The notes under the pieces were generated by a model. It ran no database searches, was not told the DNA's origin, and saw only the letters and a program-made list of their open reading frames with translations. A stretch of DNA of 64,000 nucleotides from a bacterium (GTDB taxonomy: Bacteria; UBA8248): positions 160,001 through 224,000 of the forward strand of contig CBDATS010000008.1 of NCBI GenBank assembly GCA_965200245.1, given 5' to 3'. Position numbers and translations under genes: made by a program. Within the stretch, counting starts at the first letter, position 1. Each line of letters starts with the position of its first letter. Shown piece by piece: positions 23,694-34,127 of the stretch.

Positions 23694-23825
23694 CCCGGCA
23701 TCCTCCTCCGTCCTGTCGAGGTTCATCATTCTACATGATGGGGCGATTGACCACACACCCCCGAACGGGTGACATTGGCGCAGATACAAAGACCGGGTTT
23801 CAGCCGTTCATGCAAAGGGGAGTAT

Positions 23826-24236
23826 ATGCGCTTATCGTTCGATCACGTGCACATCATCTGCAGGGACTTGGAGAGTATGGTTGCCTATTTCGAAAACATA
23901 TTCGACGGCGAAGTCATTTACCGCGAAGAGAATTTCCACGGTGCACCCAACGCTGTTGTGCGGGTCGGGGAAGCCAGACTGTTTCTGAGAGGGGTGCGAC
24001 CCGGCGAGAGCATAGGGGAGAACCACGCGGACGCCGTGATGGGTCTGGATCACTTCTCTTTCGCCGTGGACGACATCCAACGCCTCGCCGCGCAGATGAA
24101 GCAGGCGGGTGCAGACTTTATCCGCGATCCATCGCCCTCGGGCATGGGCGGCAGAATGACGGCCTATATAAGAGGTCCCGAGGGAGTGCGAATCGAGCTT
24201 TCTGAGCGCGCGGGAGAAACTTACGGCGGCGGTTGA
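23826..24236 (+). CDS. VOC (glyoxalase/bleomycin resistance) family protein
   Basis: FDHVHI, GLDHFSFAVDD, GPEGVRIEL. Confidence 0.85.
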   Translation: MRLSFDHVHIICRDLESMVAYFENIFDGEVIYREENFHGAPNAVVRVGEARLFLRGVRPGESIGENHADAVMGLDHFSFAVDDIQRLAAQMKQAGADFIRDPSPSGMGGRMTAYIRGPEGVRIELSERAGETYGGG

Positions 24237-24251
24237 TGTACATCCTGAGTC

Positions 24252-24290
24252 AAACAAAAATAAACCCCCGGGCGTAAAACCCGGGGAGTT
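24252..24290 (-). terminator. Intrinsic terminator for ino1
   Basis: CCCCGGG/CCCGGGG stem (24266-24286) followed by a U-rich tract on the minus strand. Confidence 0.65.
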
Positions 24291-24310
24291 GATTCTCCAA
24301 GATTCAGGAG

Positions 24311-25456
24311 TTATTTGTGGTCGTAGCGAGCAGGCAGGCCGTTTCCGTTGAACTCGACCTGCTCGCTCGCCCTCAGGTCGCCTGCGATGAACTCGTCGAT
24401 CATCATGCGTGAAACGGAATCGGGCACCTGGACGGGGGGGTGCTTCATCAGATATGCGCTCACCGGATAGAGCGGTCCCGCCTCACCTCTATCGCGCGCG
24501 ATGCGAGCCAGACGAATCGCATCAATGACGACACCGCCCGAGTTGGGAGAATCCTCCACTGATAGGCGCGCCTCGATCTCAAGTGGAACACCCCCGAAGC
24601 CCTCCGCCTCGATTCTCAGGAAGCAAACCTTGTTGTCGTCCTGCCAAGGCACGTAATCGGACGGGCCAATGTGGATGTCGTCTGCATCAAGAGGTTCTGG
24701 CAATTGGCTTTGTACGGCATTTGTTTTCGAGATTTTCTTCGATTTCAGGCGCGAACGCTCCAGCATGTTCAGGAAGTCCGTGTTTCCACCCGTATTCAAC
24801 TGATAGGTGCGCTTGAGCTTCACGCCCCTGTCCGCGCACAACCTGGCAAGCGTACGATGCAGGATTGTGGCGCCGAGTTGGGCCTTCACGTCGTCTCCCA
24901 CCACGGGAATACCCGCCGCGGTGAAACGCCCCGCCCATTCGGGGTCAGACACGATGAATACCGGCATGCAGTTAATAAAGGAAACACCTGCAGCAAGCGC
25001 TGCTTCCGCGTAGTGGCGCGCTGCCTGCTCCGAACCCACTGGCATGAAGTTCAATAAAATTTCTGCGCCGCTTTCGCGAAGTTCTGCAGCCACGTCGCAG
25101 GGTTCGGCCTCTGCAGGCAGAAAGGAACGGTCGGATGCGTATTCCGCCATGTGGGACGCCACGCCGTCGAGTATTGGTCCCATCCGCACGTTCACTCCGT
25201 AATCGGGCAAGTTCTCCCAGATGGTCTTCGTACAGTTAGGCTTGGCGAAGGCCGCGACGTGCAGTGGCTGCCCCACCTTCCGGACATCGATGTCGAAAGC
25301 CGCGACGACCTCGATGTCCTCCGGCCCGTAGCCTCCCAGATCCCGGTGCATAAGGCCTGATTCTTCCTCGGGATGATGGCGGTAATACTCGATGCCCTGG
25401 AGCAGGGAACTCGCGCAGTTCCCTACGCCGGCGATGGCGATGCGAATCGGCGACAT
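24311..25456 (-). CDS. ino1: myo-inositol-1-phosphate synthase
   Basis: IAGVGNCASSLLQG, GDDVKAQLGATILHR, YQLNTGGNTDFLNM, VEDSPNSGG. Confidence 0.93.
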   Translation of the reverse strand: MSPIRIAIAGVGNCASSLLQGIEYYRHHPEEESGLMHRDLGGYGPEDIEVVAAFDIDVRKVGQPLHVAAFAKPNCTKTIWENLPDYGVNVRMGPILDGVASHMAEYASDRSFLPAEAEPCDVAAELRESGAEILLNFMPVGSEQAARHYAEAALAAGVSFINCMPVFIVSDPEWAGRFTAAGIPVVGDDVKAQLGATILHRTLARLCADRGVKLKRTYQLNTGGNTDFLNMLERSRLKSKKISKTNAVQSQLPEPLDADDIHIGPSDYVPWQDDNKVCFLRIEAEGFGGVPLEIEARLSVEDSPNSGGVVIDAIRLARIARDRGEAGPLYPVSAYLMKHPPVQVPDSVSRMMIDEFIAGDLRASEQVEFNGNGLPARYDHK

Positions 25457-25674
25457 GTATGCGTTTCCTTTCTTGCCTTTGCAGTCGCTGCGGCCTGGTG
25501 AGGCGGAGCCGGGATCAAGTTTGCCGGCGGGAATCCCGCCGACGGCCGCGCGTATGCGAATTCGAAATCAGGTCAAGCGATGCGGACACCTGCGTCCACA
25601 GAAAGGCGACTATATCCCAAAATCTATATTTTCTCCAAGAGGAAAGCAGAAAATGATTTCGGGTGGTCTCGGGG

Positions 25675-26673
25675 CTAATACAGTAGACAGCGAACGAAGT
25701 GTCCGGGGGAAACCTCTTTGAGTTCGGGTTCGTGCTCCAGGCACATCGACTTCACCTCCGGGCACCTCGGGTTGAAGCTGCAGCCCGTCGGCAGGCGGTT
25801 CAGACTGGGCACGATGCCCTTGATCTCCTCCAGGCGAATCTTCTGGCCGGGCTTGGAAGTGTTGAGTTTCGGAATCGAGTTGAGAAGCCCTTGGGTGTAG
25901 GGGTGGAGCGGATTGCCGAAGATCTCCTCCGTCGGTGCTTCTTCCACCACTTTACCTGCGTACATGACGACGACACGCTTGCACGTTTCAGCCACGAGGC
26001 CAAGATCATGTGTGATGAGGATGACCGCTGTACCGAGTTCTTCCTGGAGCTTCACCATGAGGTCGAGAATCTGTGCCTGGATGGTCACGTCGAGCGCCGT
26101 TGTCGGCTCATCCGCCAGGAGGATTTTCGGGTTGCACGAGAGTGCCATGGCGATCATCGCACGCTGCCGCATACCGCCCGAAAGCTGGTGGGGGTATTCC
26201 CGCACCCGCTGGCGCGGCAAGGGGATGCCGACGAGGTCGAGCATCTCGGCGGCCTTGTCCATCGCGGCTTTTTTCGACAGCCCCTGGTGGAGCATGACGG
26301 CTTCGGCGATCTGGAAACCGACGGTGAACACGGGATTCAGGCTCGTCATCGGTTCCTGAAAGATCATAGAGATGTGGTTGCCCCGTATCTTGCGCAACTC
26401 CTTCGTGTCGAGCTTCGTCAGATCGCGGCCCTCGAAGATGATACCGTCGCCGAATATCTCGCCCGGCGGCTCAGGGACGAGGCGAAGCACCGAAAGTGCC
26501 GTCACGGTCTTACCGCACCCAGATTCCCCCACGACGCCGAGCGTCTCGCCTGCCTTGAGGCTGTAGCTCACGCCGTCGACGGCGCGCACCGTGCCCTCGG
26601 GGGTGTGGAAATAGGTGTGCAGGTCTCTCAGTTCCAGAATCGTGTCGGTGCCGACGGCTGCGCCATTGGCCAT
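25675..26673 (-). CDS. Oligopeptide/dipeptide ABC transporter ATP-binding subunit (OppD-like)
   Basis: [39 protein letters not shown]-terminal GCSFNPRC. Confidence 0.93.
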   Translation of the reverse strand: MANGAAVGTDTILELRDLHTYFHTPEGTVRAVDGVSYSLKAGETLGVVGESGCGKTVTALSVLRLVPEPPGEIFGDGIIFEGRDLTKLDTKELRKIRGNHISMIFQEPMTSLNPVFTVGFQIAEAVMLHQGLSKKAAMDKAAEMLDLVGIPLPRQRVREYPHQLSGGMRQRAMIAMALSCNPKILLADEPTTALDVTIQAQILDLMVKLQEELGTAVILITHDLGLVAETCKRVVVMYAGKVVEEAPTEEIFGNPLHPYTQGLLNSIPKLNTSKPGQKIRLEEIKGIVPSLNRLPTGCSFNPRCPEVKSMCLEHEPELKEVSPGHFVRCLLY

Positions 26674-26780
26674 GGGTAACCTCCGGGTTTCAGGCTAGGC
26701 CTCGAAAGCAGAAAAAAAGATAGGCGATTATAAGGACAGGGAATTTCAATTGTCCAGTCGAATGTGCAAATCCTTGAAAA

Positions 26781-27422
26781 TCAACTGCCAGAAAGCGTTT
26801 CGCGACCATGTGGACAGCCTGTCAGGATCGGGCAATCGGCGCATAGCGGCTTTCTCGCTGAACAGCAGTTTCTGCCATGATGGATCAGGAGCAAAGTAAC
26901 GCGGCCCCACCATTTCTTCGGCACGGCGTCCAGAAGCTGAAACTCCGCCTTCACCGGATCGCGCGTCGATATCCAGCCCAGCCGATTTGCGGTGCGCAGG
27001 ACATGCGTATCCACAGCGATGGCCGGTTGGCCGTATGCCTCGTTCAAGACGACGTTCGCTGTTTTTCGCCCCACGCCGGGCAGCATTACCAGATGCTCCA
27101 TCTCGGCCGGCACCTCACCGCCGTATTCATTCACGAGACGGCGACAGCAAGCGCGGATGGACTTGGCCTTCTGACGGTAGAAGCCGCACGAATGGATGAG
27201 TTTTTCAAGTTCCGCGGGTACAGCCTCGGCATACGAGGCGGCATCCGGATAGCGGGCGAAAAGAGCGGGGGTGACCATGTTTACTCGCTCGTCAGTACAT
27301 TGGGCGGAGAGCATCGTCGCCACAAGGAGTTCGAGCGGGTTTCGATAGTTGAGCGCGCAGCGCGCGTCTGGGTAAGTCTGCTCCAGTGTGCGAAGAAGAC
27401 GCGCGGTCGTAAATATGGACAT
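26781..27422 (-). CDS. nth: Endonuclease III
   Basis: LSAQCTDERVN, LPGVGRKTANVV, AVDTHV, C-terminal 4Fe-4S cysteines. Confidence 0.95.
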   Translation of the reverse strand: MSIFTTARLLRTLEQTYPDARCALNYRNPLELLVATMLSAQCTDERVNMVTPALFARYPDAASYAEAVPAELEKLIHSCGFYRQKAKSIRACCRRLVNEYGGEVPAEMEHLVMLPGVGRKTANVVLNEAYGQPAIAVDTHVLRTANRLGWISTRDPVKAEFQLLDAVPKKWWGRVTLLLIHHGRNCCSARKPLCADCPILTGCPHGRETLSGS

Positions 27423-27563
27423 GGGGCTTCCTTTTCCTGGACGTATAAGTCGTATCGCCCACCCCGCCCTCCGAGGTGTTCTTTTCAAAGGCGGAGATTC
27501 AGATTAGAATAACCAATCGTGTTTATATCGTCTAACTGTATCGAGACAAAGGAGAACGAACCG

Positions 27564-27842
27564 ATGGCCGACCCCAAAATGGCCCAGAAAGCCCCTTATG
27601 CCTATACACCTGAAAAAGACGAGAAAGTCGCATGGTGCGCTTGCGGCTTGAGCGAATCGCAGCCTTTTTGCGATGGCTCCCATAGAGGTTCGGAGTTCCG
27701 CCCCATCGTTCTCGACGTGCAGGCGGGCAAGACCTGCTTTTTTTGCGGCTGCAAGCAGACGGGCAAGGCGCCCATGTGCGACGGTACACACTCCATGCTT
27801 TGGGGTGAGGCGTCGGAATCTTTGCTGAACATGCGCGTGTAG
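27564..27842 (+). CDS. CDGSH iron-sulfur domain protein (two domains)
   Basis: WCACGLSESQPFCDGSH and FCGCKQTGKAPMCDGTH; AAGGAG RBS. Confidence 0.9.
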   Translation: MADPKMAQKAPYAYTPEKDEKVAWCACGLSESQPFCDGSHRGSEFRPIVLDVQAGKTCFFCGCKQTGKAPMCDGTHSMLWGEASESLLNMRV

Positions 27843-27905
27843 CTCAGAGGATAGAGCGCCTGCCTCCGGAGCAGGAAGTCGCAGGTTCGACTCCTGCCAC
27901 GCGCA
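27833..27905 (+). tRNA. tRNA-Arg(CCG); CCA not encoded
   Basis: Acceptor GCGCGTG/CACGCGC, D arm GCTC/GAGC, anticodon stem CCTGC/GCAGG with loop CT-CCG-GA, T loop TTCGACT. Confidence 0.95.
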
Positions 27906-27971
27906 CTACCCTACCCTCTTGCCTATTCTCATCCTTTCTCATGGATTGTCTTTGTAAAAGCTAATTACAGC

Positions 27972-28136
27972 ATGGGATACAAGACACTTGGCAAGGCCTA
28001 TCGCGAGGGAATCACAATGATGGAGTTGGCGGACATGTTCCTGAATGAAGAAAAGATTCCCGAGCAGACCACACTGTTCTGGCCTGTTCTCGGGAGCCTT
28101 GATTCAAACCCTTGGAGAGAATCAAATTGTAGCTAA
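27972..28136 (+). mobile_element. IS1595-family transposase N-terminal remnant
   Basis: MGYKTLGKAYREGITMMELADMFLNEE resembles IS1595 N-termini (GK..REGI...EL..MFP.E); truncated, with RPHC in a shifted frame. Confidence 0.55.
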
Positions 28137-28183
28137 TCAATGCCTGCATACAACCCACAATCGGGCGAGTGTCACTGGCTTCT

Positions 28184-28603
28184 TCATCTCTCCAACAGGT
28201 TTTTCAGGTTCGCCAATTCCCGGATGTTTTCTTCCGTTCCGGCCCGGTGAAGGGTTTGGTCTTCATAGGCGTCGTTGTCCACGGTGTGTAGAACGTGAGT
28301 GACGTCGCCCTCTTGTTCGAAGCGGTAGGTGATGATTTGGGCAGGTTTGCTGCTTCCGCCGACGAAGTTCCGCCAGACGATTCTCGAATAGGGTTCCCAG
28401 ATGGTGATCACCGAACTGCACTCGGGCCTATCGTGAAAGGTCTGGTGGAAGCAGGTTCCCTCGCCTTGATGGCCTTCGGGAGAGGTGATTCGCACTTCTT
28501 TGGAGAATGGCGCGATCTGCGGGTGCGTCTCCACATTCCCGACGAACTCGAAGACTTTTTCGACAGAAGCACGGACCTGCTCAAGGACGACGACAGGTGG
28601 CAT
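28184..28603 (-). CDS. SRPBCC family protein
   Basis: VRASVEKVFEFV, GEGTCF, ITIWEPYSRI, C-terminal helix LANLKNLLE. Confidence 0.75.
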   Translation of the reverse strand: MPPVVVLEQVRASVEKVFEFVGNVETHPQIAPFSKEVRITSPEGHQGEGTCFHQTFHDRPECSSVITIWEPYSRIVWRNFVGGSSKPAQIITYRFEQEGDVTHVLHTVDNDAYEDQTLHRAGTEENIRELANLKNLLER

Positions 28604-28671
28604 TGATTTATCCCTCTGGGTGGTGAGAGGTGGCCCGTGTTTTTCGACCCGCAAACGCGTTGGTGCGTCGT

Positions 28672-29580
28672 TTAATTTGGCATGACGGTTTCCTGCCCCA
28701 TCCGGCTCGTAGGTCGCCAGCGCAAGGCACGTCCTTCAGCCCAATTCAACACCTGGTTCACCAGAATAACCAGGAACATGAGGAGGAAAATAATCAATAT
28801 CAAGCCCGTAGTGTAATACTCGTTGTTGTAGCGTTGGAGCAGGTACCCAAGTCCCTTGTCAGCGATGATGTATTCGCCGACAATCGCGCCCACCATGCCG
28901 AACGGGATACTGATCTTCAGGCCGTTGAAAATCCATGGAGAGGCAGAGGGAATCACGATCTTGCGCAGAATGGCGAGCTTCCCGCCACCCAGAACGCGTG
29001 ACACGTTGATCAGATCCCGGCTCACTCCACGGATTCCCGAAAATGTGCTCACGAAAGTCAGGAAGAACACGATAGTCATCACCAGAATGATCTTCGGTTG
29101 ACGCTCGATCCCAAACCATGCAATGAACAAAGGCGCATACGCAATACGAGGAACCCCGTTGAAAGCCATGATAAACGGCTCGATAACCAAGGCCACGACC
29201 TCGATTTCAGCCAGCAGGAAACCGAAGAGTATCCCGGCCAGAGCACCGAGGATATAGCCCCAGAAGGTATTTTCCACTGTGTAGAAGAAGTGATCCCACA
29301 AGGAGCCATCCGGATTGGCCGGGTCTGCAATCTCGAAAAAAGACGTCACAAGCAGGCTTGGGCTACTGATGGTTCGGTGGTCGACCAAGCGCCCCGAAAC
29401 GAGTTCCCACAGCACGATCATGACCACGCCGAACAGGACGCGGAGAGCCGCCACGCGCACCCACCGTAACTCCTCTGCGTTGCGCAGCCGCCACCACAGC
29501 AGGCGTAGTCCCTTGACTTCTGGAGGGAGGAGGAGATCCTCAGGGGGGGTAGATTTCAATTCGTCCGATTGGGTCATCAC
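28672..29580 (-). CDS. NitT/TauT-family ABC transporter permease
   Basis: [36 protein letters not shown]. Confidence 0.9.
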   Translation of the reverse strand: MMTQSDELKSTPPEDLLLPPEVKGLRLLWWRLRNAEELRWVRVAALRVLFGVVMIVLWELVSGRLVDHRTISSPSLLVTSFFEIADPANPDGSLWDHFFYTVENTFWGYILGALAGILFGFLLAEIEVVALVIEPFIMAFNGVPRIAYAPLFIAWFGIERQPKIILVMTIVFFLTFVSTFSGIRGVSRDLINVSRVLGGGKLAILRKIVIPSASPWIFNGLKISIPFGMVGAIVGEYIIADKGLGYLLQRYNNEYYTTGLILIIFLLMFLVILVNQVLNWAEGRALRWRPTSRMGQETVMPN

Positions 29581-30392
29581 ATTACCTTCGCTACTTCGTC
29601 CCGGAGTTCTTTCCAGAGCTTGTCGTAGATCTCGCGATAGTCGTGGGAATCATGGATGTGGTAGACGTCTCGCGGCCGGGGGATCGTCACGGATGTGACG
29701 CTTTTGATAGTTCCGGGTCGACCCGTCATCACGACCACACGGTCGGCCAGCGCAATTGCTTCGGTTAGGTCGTGCGTGATGAAAACAATGGTCTTGCGCT
29801 CCTCCCGCCAAAGCTGTAGGAGTTGGTTCTGCAGCGTCAGACGGGTTTGGGCGTCAAGGGGGCCGAAGGGTTCGTCCATCAGTATGACGCCGGGGTTGCA
29901 TACCAAGGTCCGGATGATGTTCACGCGTTGACGCATACCCCCCGACAACTCGTGTGGGTAGTGATTTTCAAAGCCCGAGAGGCCCACCTTGTCAATCAGG
30001 AACTGCACCCGATCGGCAACGCCGTTAGAGAAGGACTTTCCGCGAAACTCCAGGGGAAGCAGCACGTTTTTGCGCAGAGTTCGCCAGGGAAGCAGGTTGT
30101 CCTGCTGGGTCACGTACCCGATTTCAGGGTTCAGTCCGAGATTGAGCTTTCCCCGGAAAAACACCGCCCCGCTGCTGGGGGGGTAGAGCCCAGCCAAGAT
30201 ATTCAAGAGGGTACTCTTGCCACACCCGCTCGGTCCCACGATGGTTACGAACTCCCCCTCGTCCACGTCGAGGTTGACCTCGGACATCGCGTGGACGAGA
30301 GTCCCCCGCGAGAAGAACCGCTTACCAACTTGCTGGATGGACAAAAACGGCGTCAACGAATCGTGCTCCCGAATCTCCTCCGGCCGGGCCAC
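29577..30392 (-). CDS. NitT/TauT-family ABC transporter ATP-binding protein
   Basis: [36 protein letters not shown]. Confidence 0.92.
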   Translation of the reverse strand: MARPEEIREHDSLTPFLSIQQVGKRFFSRGTLVHAMSEVNLDVDEGEFVTIVGPSGCGKSTLLNILAGLYPPSSGAVFFRGKLNLGLNPEIGYVTQQDNLLPWRTLRKNVLLPLEFRGKSFSNGVADRVQFLIDKVGLSGFENHYPHELSGGMRQRVNIIRTLVCNPGVILMDEPFGPLDAQTRLTLQNQLLQLWREERKTIVFITHDLTEAIALADRVVVMTGRPGTIKSVTSVTIPRPRDVYHIHDSHDYREIYDKLWKELRDEVAKVM

Positions 30393-30443
30393 GCACGGCC
30401 GGGCCGGAGAGAGAGGCTGCTTTCTATCCGCAGAAAAGTTCGC

Positions 30444-31466
30444 TTACTTGAGAAATTCGTCCGTCCATACGTCACTGCGCTTGACGCTTTTCAGGTTCTT
30501 GAGTTTGCCGCCGCTCTTCATAATATTGAAAGTGGTTTGGACGGCTTCGTCGGTCATCTTGCCAGACGGGTTAACCGCGCCCTTCACCGTGGCAACAGAG
30601 ATGCGCAGGGCCTCCGGGGTAACGCGCGTGCCGAAGAAGGGCGTCATGTCTTTGGTGAGTTGGTCGACGGAGGTCTTCTGGATGTAACGCTGGGACTTCA
30701 TGACCGCCCGGGCCATCCGCTTTACGAGGGCGGGGCGTTCCTTCATGAGCTTGGGCGTGGTCATGACGGCTGTCATCATGAACTCTTTAATGGCCTTGTC
30801 CTCGCCAGCCGCCCAGTTCACAAACCACATGCCGAGCCCTTCAGAGAGCATGCGTTCGGGATGCGGAGTGGAGATAGTGAAGATGTCGATTTTACGGTTC
30901 TTGAAAGCCGGTAACATGGTGCCGCCGCCACCAACGGCGAGGATTCGCACGTCTTGGGGAACCTTCAGCCCGGCGCGCCCTAGCAGGTTACGCGCGAGTA
31001 CATCGGTCAGGGCACCCGGCCGCGTCACGCCGACCTTCAGGCCCTTGGCGCGGCGGACTTTCTCCATGAGAGGCATGCCGGGCTTAATGCCTACTTTCTT
31101 GGCCGCTTCCTTGTGAATCACCATCCCAATGATGTTGCGCCGCAAAAGGTCCACGAAGCCGATAGCCCTCTTGCCCGAGTTGAGCGCGTTGAGTTGGTAG
31201 GTGCCCGGGCTGGCGGTGAACTCAGCCTTCCCCGCCAAGACGGCCGTTAGGTGCGGTCCGCCGCCTGCTGTGGCTTTTACGTCGAGGGTGAGTCCCTCTT
31301 CCTTGAAGAATCCCTTGATGCGACCCACGTAAATCGGGAAGAAACTGAGGCTGTCAACGGGCTGGGTGAGAATGACTTTTTCGGCGGCGGGAGAAGTGCC
31401 AGTGAGCATGAGGGAAAGTAGTAGCGCGCCGAATAGTGGGAGTATCCGCATCCATTTTCTACACAT
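30444..31466 (-). CDS. NitT/TauT-family ABC transporter substrate-binding protein
   Basis: Signal peptide, KGFFKEEGL, VGVTRPGALTD; ATG 31466 after AAGGAG. Confidence 0.88.
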   Translation of the reverse strand: MCRKWMRILPLFGALLLSLMLTGTSPAAEKVILTQPVDSLSFFPIYVGRIKGFFKEEGLTLDVKATAGGGPHLTAVLAGKAEFTASPGTYQLNALNSGKRAIGFVDLLRRNIIGMVIHKEAAKKVGIKPGMPLMEKVRRAKGLKVGVTRPGALTDVLARNLLGRAGLKVPQDVRILAVGGGGTMLPAFKNRKIDIFTISTPHPERMLSEGLGMWFVNWAAGEDKAIKEFMMTAVMTTPKLMKERPALVKRMARAVMKSQRYIQKTSVDQLTKDMTPFFGTRVTPEALRISVATVKGAVNPSGKMTDEAVQTTFNIMKSGGKLKNLKSVKRSDVWTDEFLK

Positions 31467-32335
31467 GATAGAACTCCTTTTGCCAAAGTAGGATATCAAG
31501 TTCAGGAACATTTGTTTTTCCCAGAAAATAGGATGGCCATACCAGATTTGTCAAGTGCCCGAAGCATGACCGATACCTGACCACAGATAGCAGATGAAGG
31601 GGTTCTCCAAGAGATTTTCAAGTTGCCGTTACAACACGACAAGAACAGTGGTGCAGATGTTGCTGGTTTTCTGGACAGAATCATTATCGGTCCGACCCAG
31701 AATTCGCAGGTGAGCAGGCGCGCTTTCGCGGAACTCTTGAAAGAGGCTGGTATCGACAGCCCCTGTAGCTAGGTCGTTGTCTCGGATATTCCGCTTCGCA
31801 CTGCTTGATGAGAGTTTGGCCCGAGACGTCCGAGATCCAATACCTGTTGGACACGAACATCGCGTCGCATCCGCTTCGCTCGTCAGGCAACTGATTGGCG
31901 CATCGAACTCCAAGCCTGCGACCACACGAAAGAAAAGTCAGAAAATTTTGTGCGCGAAGGGCATCTCTGCCGAGCGTGAAATTTCCCCTCTACCCCCGGT
32001 GGAAAGTGTCATTTGAAAGGGAAATATTATACCATGTCATACGCACAGCCCGCCAGCGGGAAGAGGATAATCTGCTCAGCTGGAGACGGGAGAGCATCTT
32101 GCCCGACCTTGGGGGATGGAGAGAGAAGCAGACGTTCATTCGCACGTGCTTGTTTCCAAGACAATAGGAAAACATCTGCAATACAACTCGGATACCAATT
32201 TCAAAAGCATGTTCTGGTAACCCTTTTAGATGTTTCCAATTGCAATTGCAGAACGAGCTACGTGGAGAACGAGACCTAAATAAAATTCCCACAAATAGTG
32301 AAATTCTACACTTACAGATGGAAGTTGCGACGCTT

Positions 32336-32355
32336 CCCCCCCCCCCCCCCCCCCC
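32336..32355 (+). repeat. C20 homopolymer
   Basis: 20 consecutive C residues. Confidence 0.9.
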
Positions 32356-32482
32356 TCACGCCCCTTTGCGGGTGTGGGAGCGTGTGGTAGTATCTCGCGG
32401 TCGTATTTCGGAACGAGAGGCCGATTGCAAGGGCGGTGTTTCTCATTCATTCCAAAAGTCTGATTCGAGTGAGGGAATAGTC

Positions 32483-33658
32483 TTGTCTGAAGAGTTGAAT
32501 CCGCATCTGCGTTTGTTGCTGGGACCGGGGCCGAGCCCGGTTCATCCGAGAATCCTGAAAGCAATGAGTACCCACGTGGTGGGGCATCTCGATCCCGATT
32601 TTCTGTCCGTCATGGACGACTGCCAGTCGATGCTGCGTAATCTGTTCAACACCCAAAACCAGGTGACATTCCCCGTATCTGGTACGGGCAGTGCTGCGAT
32701 GGAGGCATCGATCTGCAACGTTGTCGAGCCGGGGGATAAGGCCATCATCTGCGTGAACGGCGTGTTCGGCGGACGCATGAGCGACGTAGCTTCCCGCTAC
32801 GGGGCAGAGGTTGTCACGGTAGAGGCCCCTTGGGGGCAGCCCGTCGACCCACAGGACGTAAAGGCTGCTCTCGACGCGAATCCCGACGCCGTGATGGTCG
32901 GCATCGTCCACGCGGAAACCAGTACGGGCGTTTTGCAGCCTGTGGAGGAAATCGGTGCAATGTGCCGCGATCACGGTGCGCTCTTGCTGCTCGATTGCGT
33001 CACCTCCCTGGGTGGAGTGCCCGTGGAACTCGACAAATGGGGGGTGGAGGTCGCCTACAGCGGTACGCAGAAATGCCTCGCTTGCCCACCGGGCGTTGCG
33101 CCCATCACTTTCAGCGAGCGCGCGCTCGGCAAGGTACGCGAGCGAAAATCGAAAGTAACGAGTTGGTATTTCGACGTGAGCATGGTGGAGAAATACTGGG
33201 GCAACGAGCGAGTCTATCACCACACGGGCCCGATTTCCATGAACTACGCAATCAGAGAGGCGCTGCGGGTCATCTTCGAAGAAGGTCTGGAAGCGCGCTT
33301 TGCGAGGCACGCTTTGGCGAGCAAGGCGCTCCAGGCGGGTGTCGAAGCACTTGGGCTTTCCATGTTCGCCCAAGAGGGCGCGCGCACGCCCACGCTCAAC
33401 ACCGTCGCGCTCACGGACGGGATGGAAGATGCCGCCGTTAGGAAGAGACTGCTCAACGATTTCAACATCGAGATCGGTGGCGGCCTGGGTGCCGTGGCGG
33501 GCAAGATATGGCGTATCGGGATGATGGGCCACGGTGCCATCCAGGCGAACGTGGTCTACCTTCTCTCGGCGCTTGAGGTAATTTTCTCCAAATTGGGGTA
33601 TATTACAAAAGCTGGAGATGGTGTCGGGGCTGCATCGCAGGTTTACGCGGTTTCCTGA
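32483..33658 (+). CDS. Alanine-glyoxylate/serine-pyruvate aminotransferase (class V)
   Basis: RLLLGPGPS, NGVFGGRM, VHAETSTG, YSGTQKCL, YHHTGP; TTG 32483 after GAGGG. Confidence 0.92.
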   Translation: MSEELNPHLRLLLGPGPSPVHPRILKAMSTHVVGHLDPDFLSVMDDCQSMLRNLFNTQNQVTFPVSGTGSAAMEASICNVVEPGDKAIICVNGVFGGRMSDVASRYGAEVVTVEAPWGQPVDPQDVKAALDANPDAVMVGIVHAETSTGVLQPVEEIGAMCRDHGALLLLDCVTSLGGVPVELDKWGVEVAYSGTQKCLACPPGVAPITFSERALGKVRERKSKVTSWYFDVSMVEKYWGNERVYHHTGPISMNYAIREALRVIFEEGLEARFARHALASKALQAGVEALGLSMFAQEGARTPTLNTVALTDGMEDAAVRKRLLNDFNIEIGGGLGAVAGKIWRIGMMGHGAIQANVVYLLSALEVIFSKLGYITKAGDGVGAASQVYAVS

Positions 33659-33682
33659 TCGTTCGCCATAGGAGTTTTCCCG

Positions 33683-33883
33683 ATGTTTCCGATGAACATG
33701 GGCATTCCCGAACTTTTGGTCATCCTCGCGATATGCGTGCTGGTCTTCGGCGCGAAGCGCCTGCCCGAGATCGGATCGGGCCTCGCTCGCGGCATCAAGA
33801 GCTTCAAGAAGGGGATGAGTGACGACCCGGAACTGCCCGACAAGAATGAAGCGTCCGCAACTGGAGAGGGTGAAAAGGGCTGA
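33683..33883 (+). CDS. tatA: Twin-arginine translocase TatA/TatE
   Basis: [37 protein letters not shown]. Confidence 0.93.
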   Translation: MFPMNMGIPELLVILAICVLVFGAKRLPEIGSGLARGIKSFKKGMSDDPELPDKNEASATGEGEKG

Positions 33884-33933
33884 TAGGACCGCTTTCCCCT
33901 CGCGCGTGACTTTCGAGGCGTCCGTTCCTCACC

Positions 33934-34097
33934 GGCTGGATGTCTCCTCTGAAAAGAGGAGGCGGATTTGCGGGCCAATGAGACCGGGCAGTTGATGAGC
34001 TTGGCAAGGCCTCGCAGGATGCGGCGCGGATCTCCGCTTTCAACGAGTACGCCGGGTGATCCCTGCCGCGAGCGTCCGTCATTTCTTTTGACCAGCC
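33934..34097 (+). ncRNA. Candidate structured RNA (leader or standalone ncRNA) upstream of moeA
   Basis: Nested pairings containing G-U pairs on the + strand: 33952-33973 with 34066-34089, 33983-33995 with 34040-34057; family not recognised. Confidence 0.45.
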
Positions 34098-34123
34098 CTG
34101 CGGGCGCAGCGGTTGGTTTTTTT
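34091..34123 (+). terminator. Intrinsic terminator immediately before the moeA start
   Basis: ACCAGCC-CTGCG-GG-CGCAG-C-GGTTGGT hairpin ending in a T7 run. Confidence 0.75.
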
Positions 34124-34127
34124 CATT

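Noticed and set aside
31560-32300. Possible remnants (PhnD-like binding protein; REP-associated transposase-like YHVI motif) in the long intergenic region
   Set aside because: The similarities are only a few residues long and cannot be supported without a search
34005-34026. SRP RNA helix-8-like segment (CAAGGCCUCGCAGGAUGCGGC)
   Set aside because: It lacks the GNRA tetraloop and the AGCAG motif, so it is not called as ffs; the region is kept only as an unknown structured RNA
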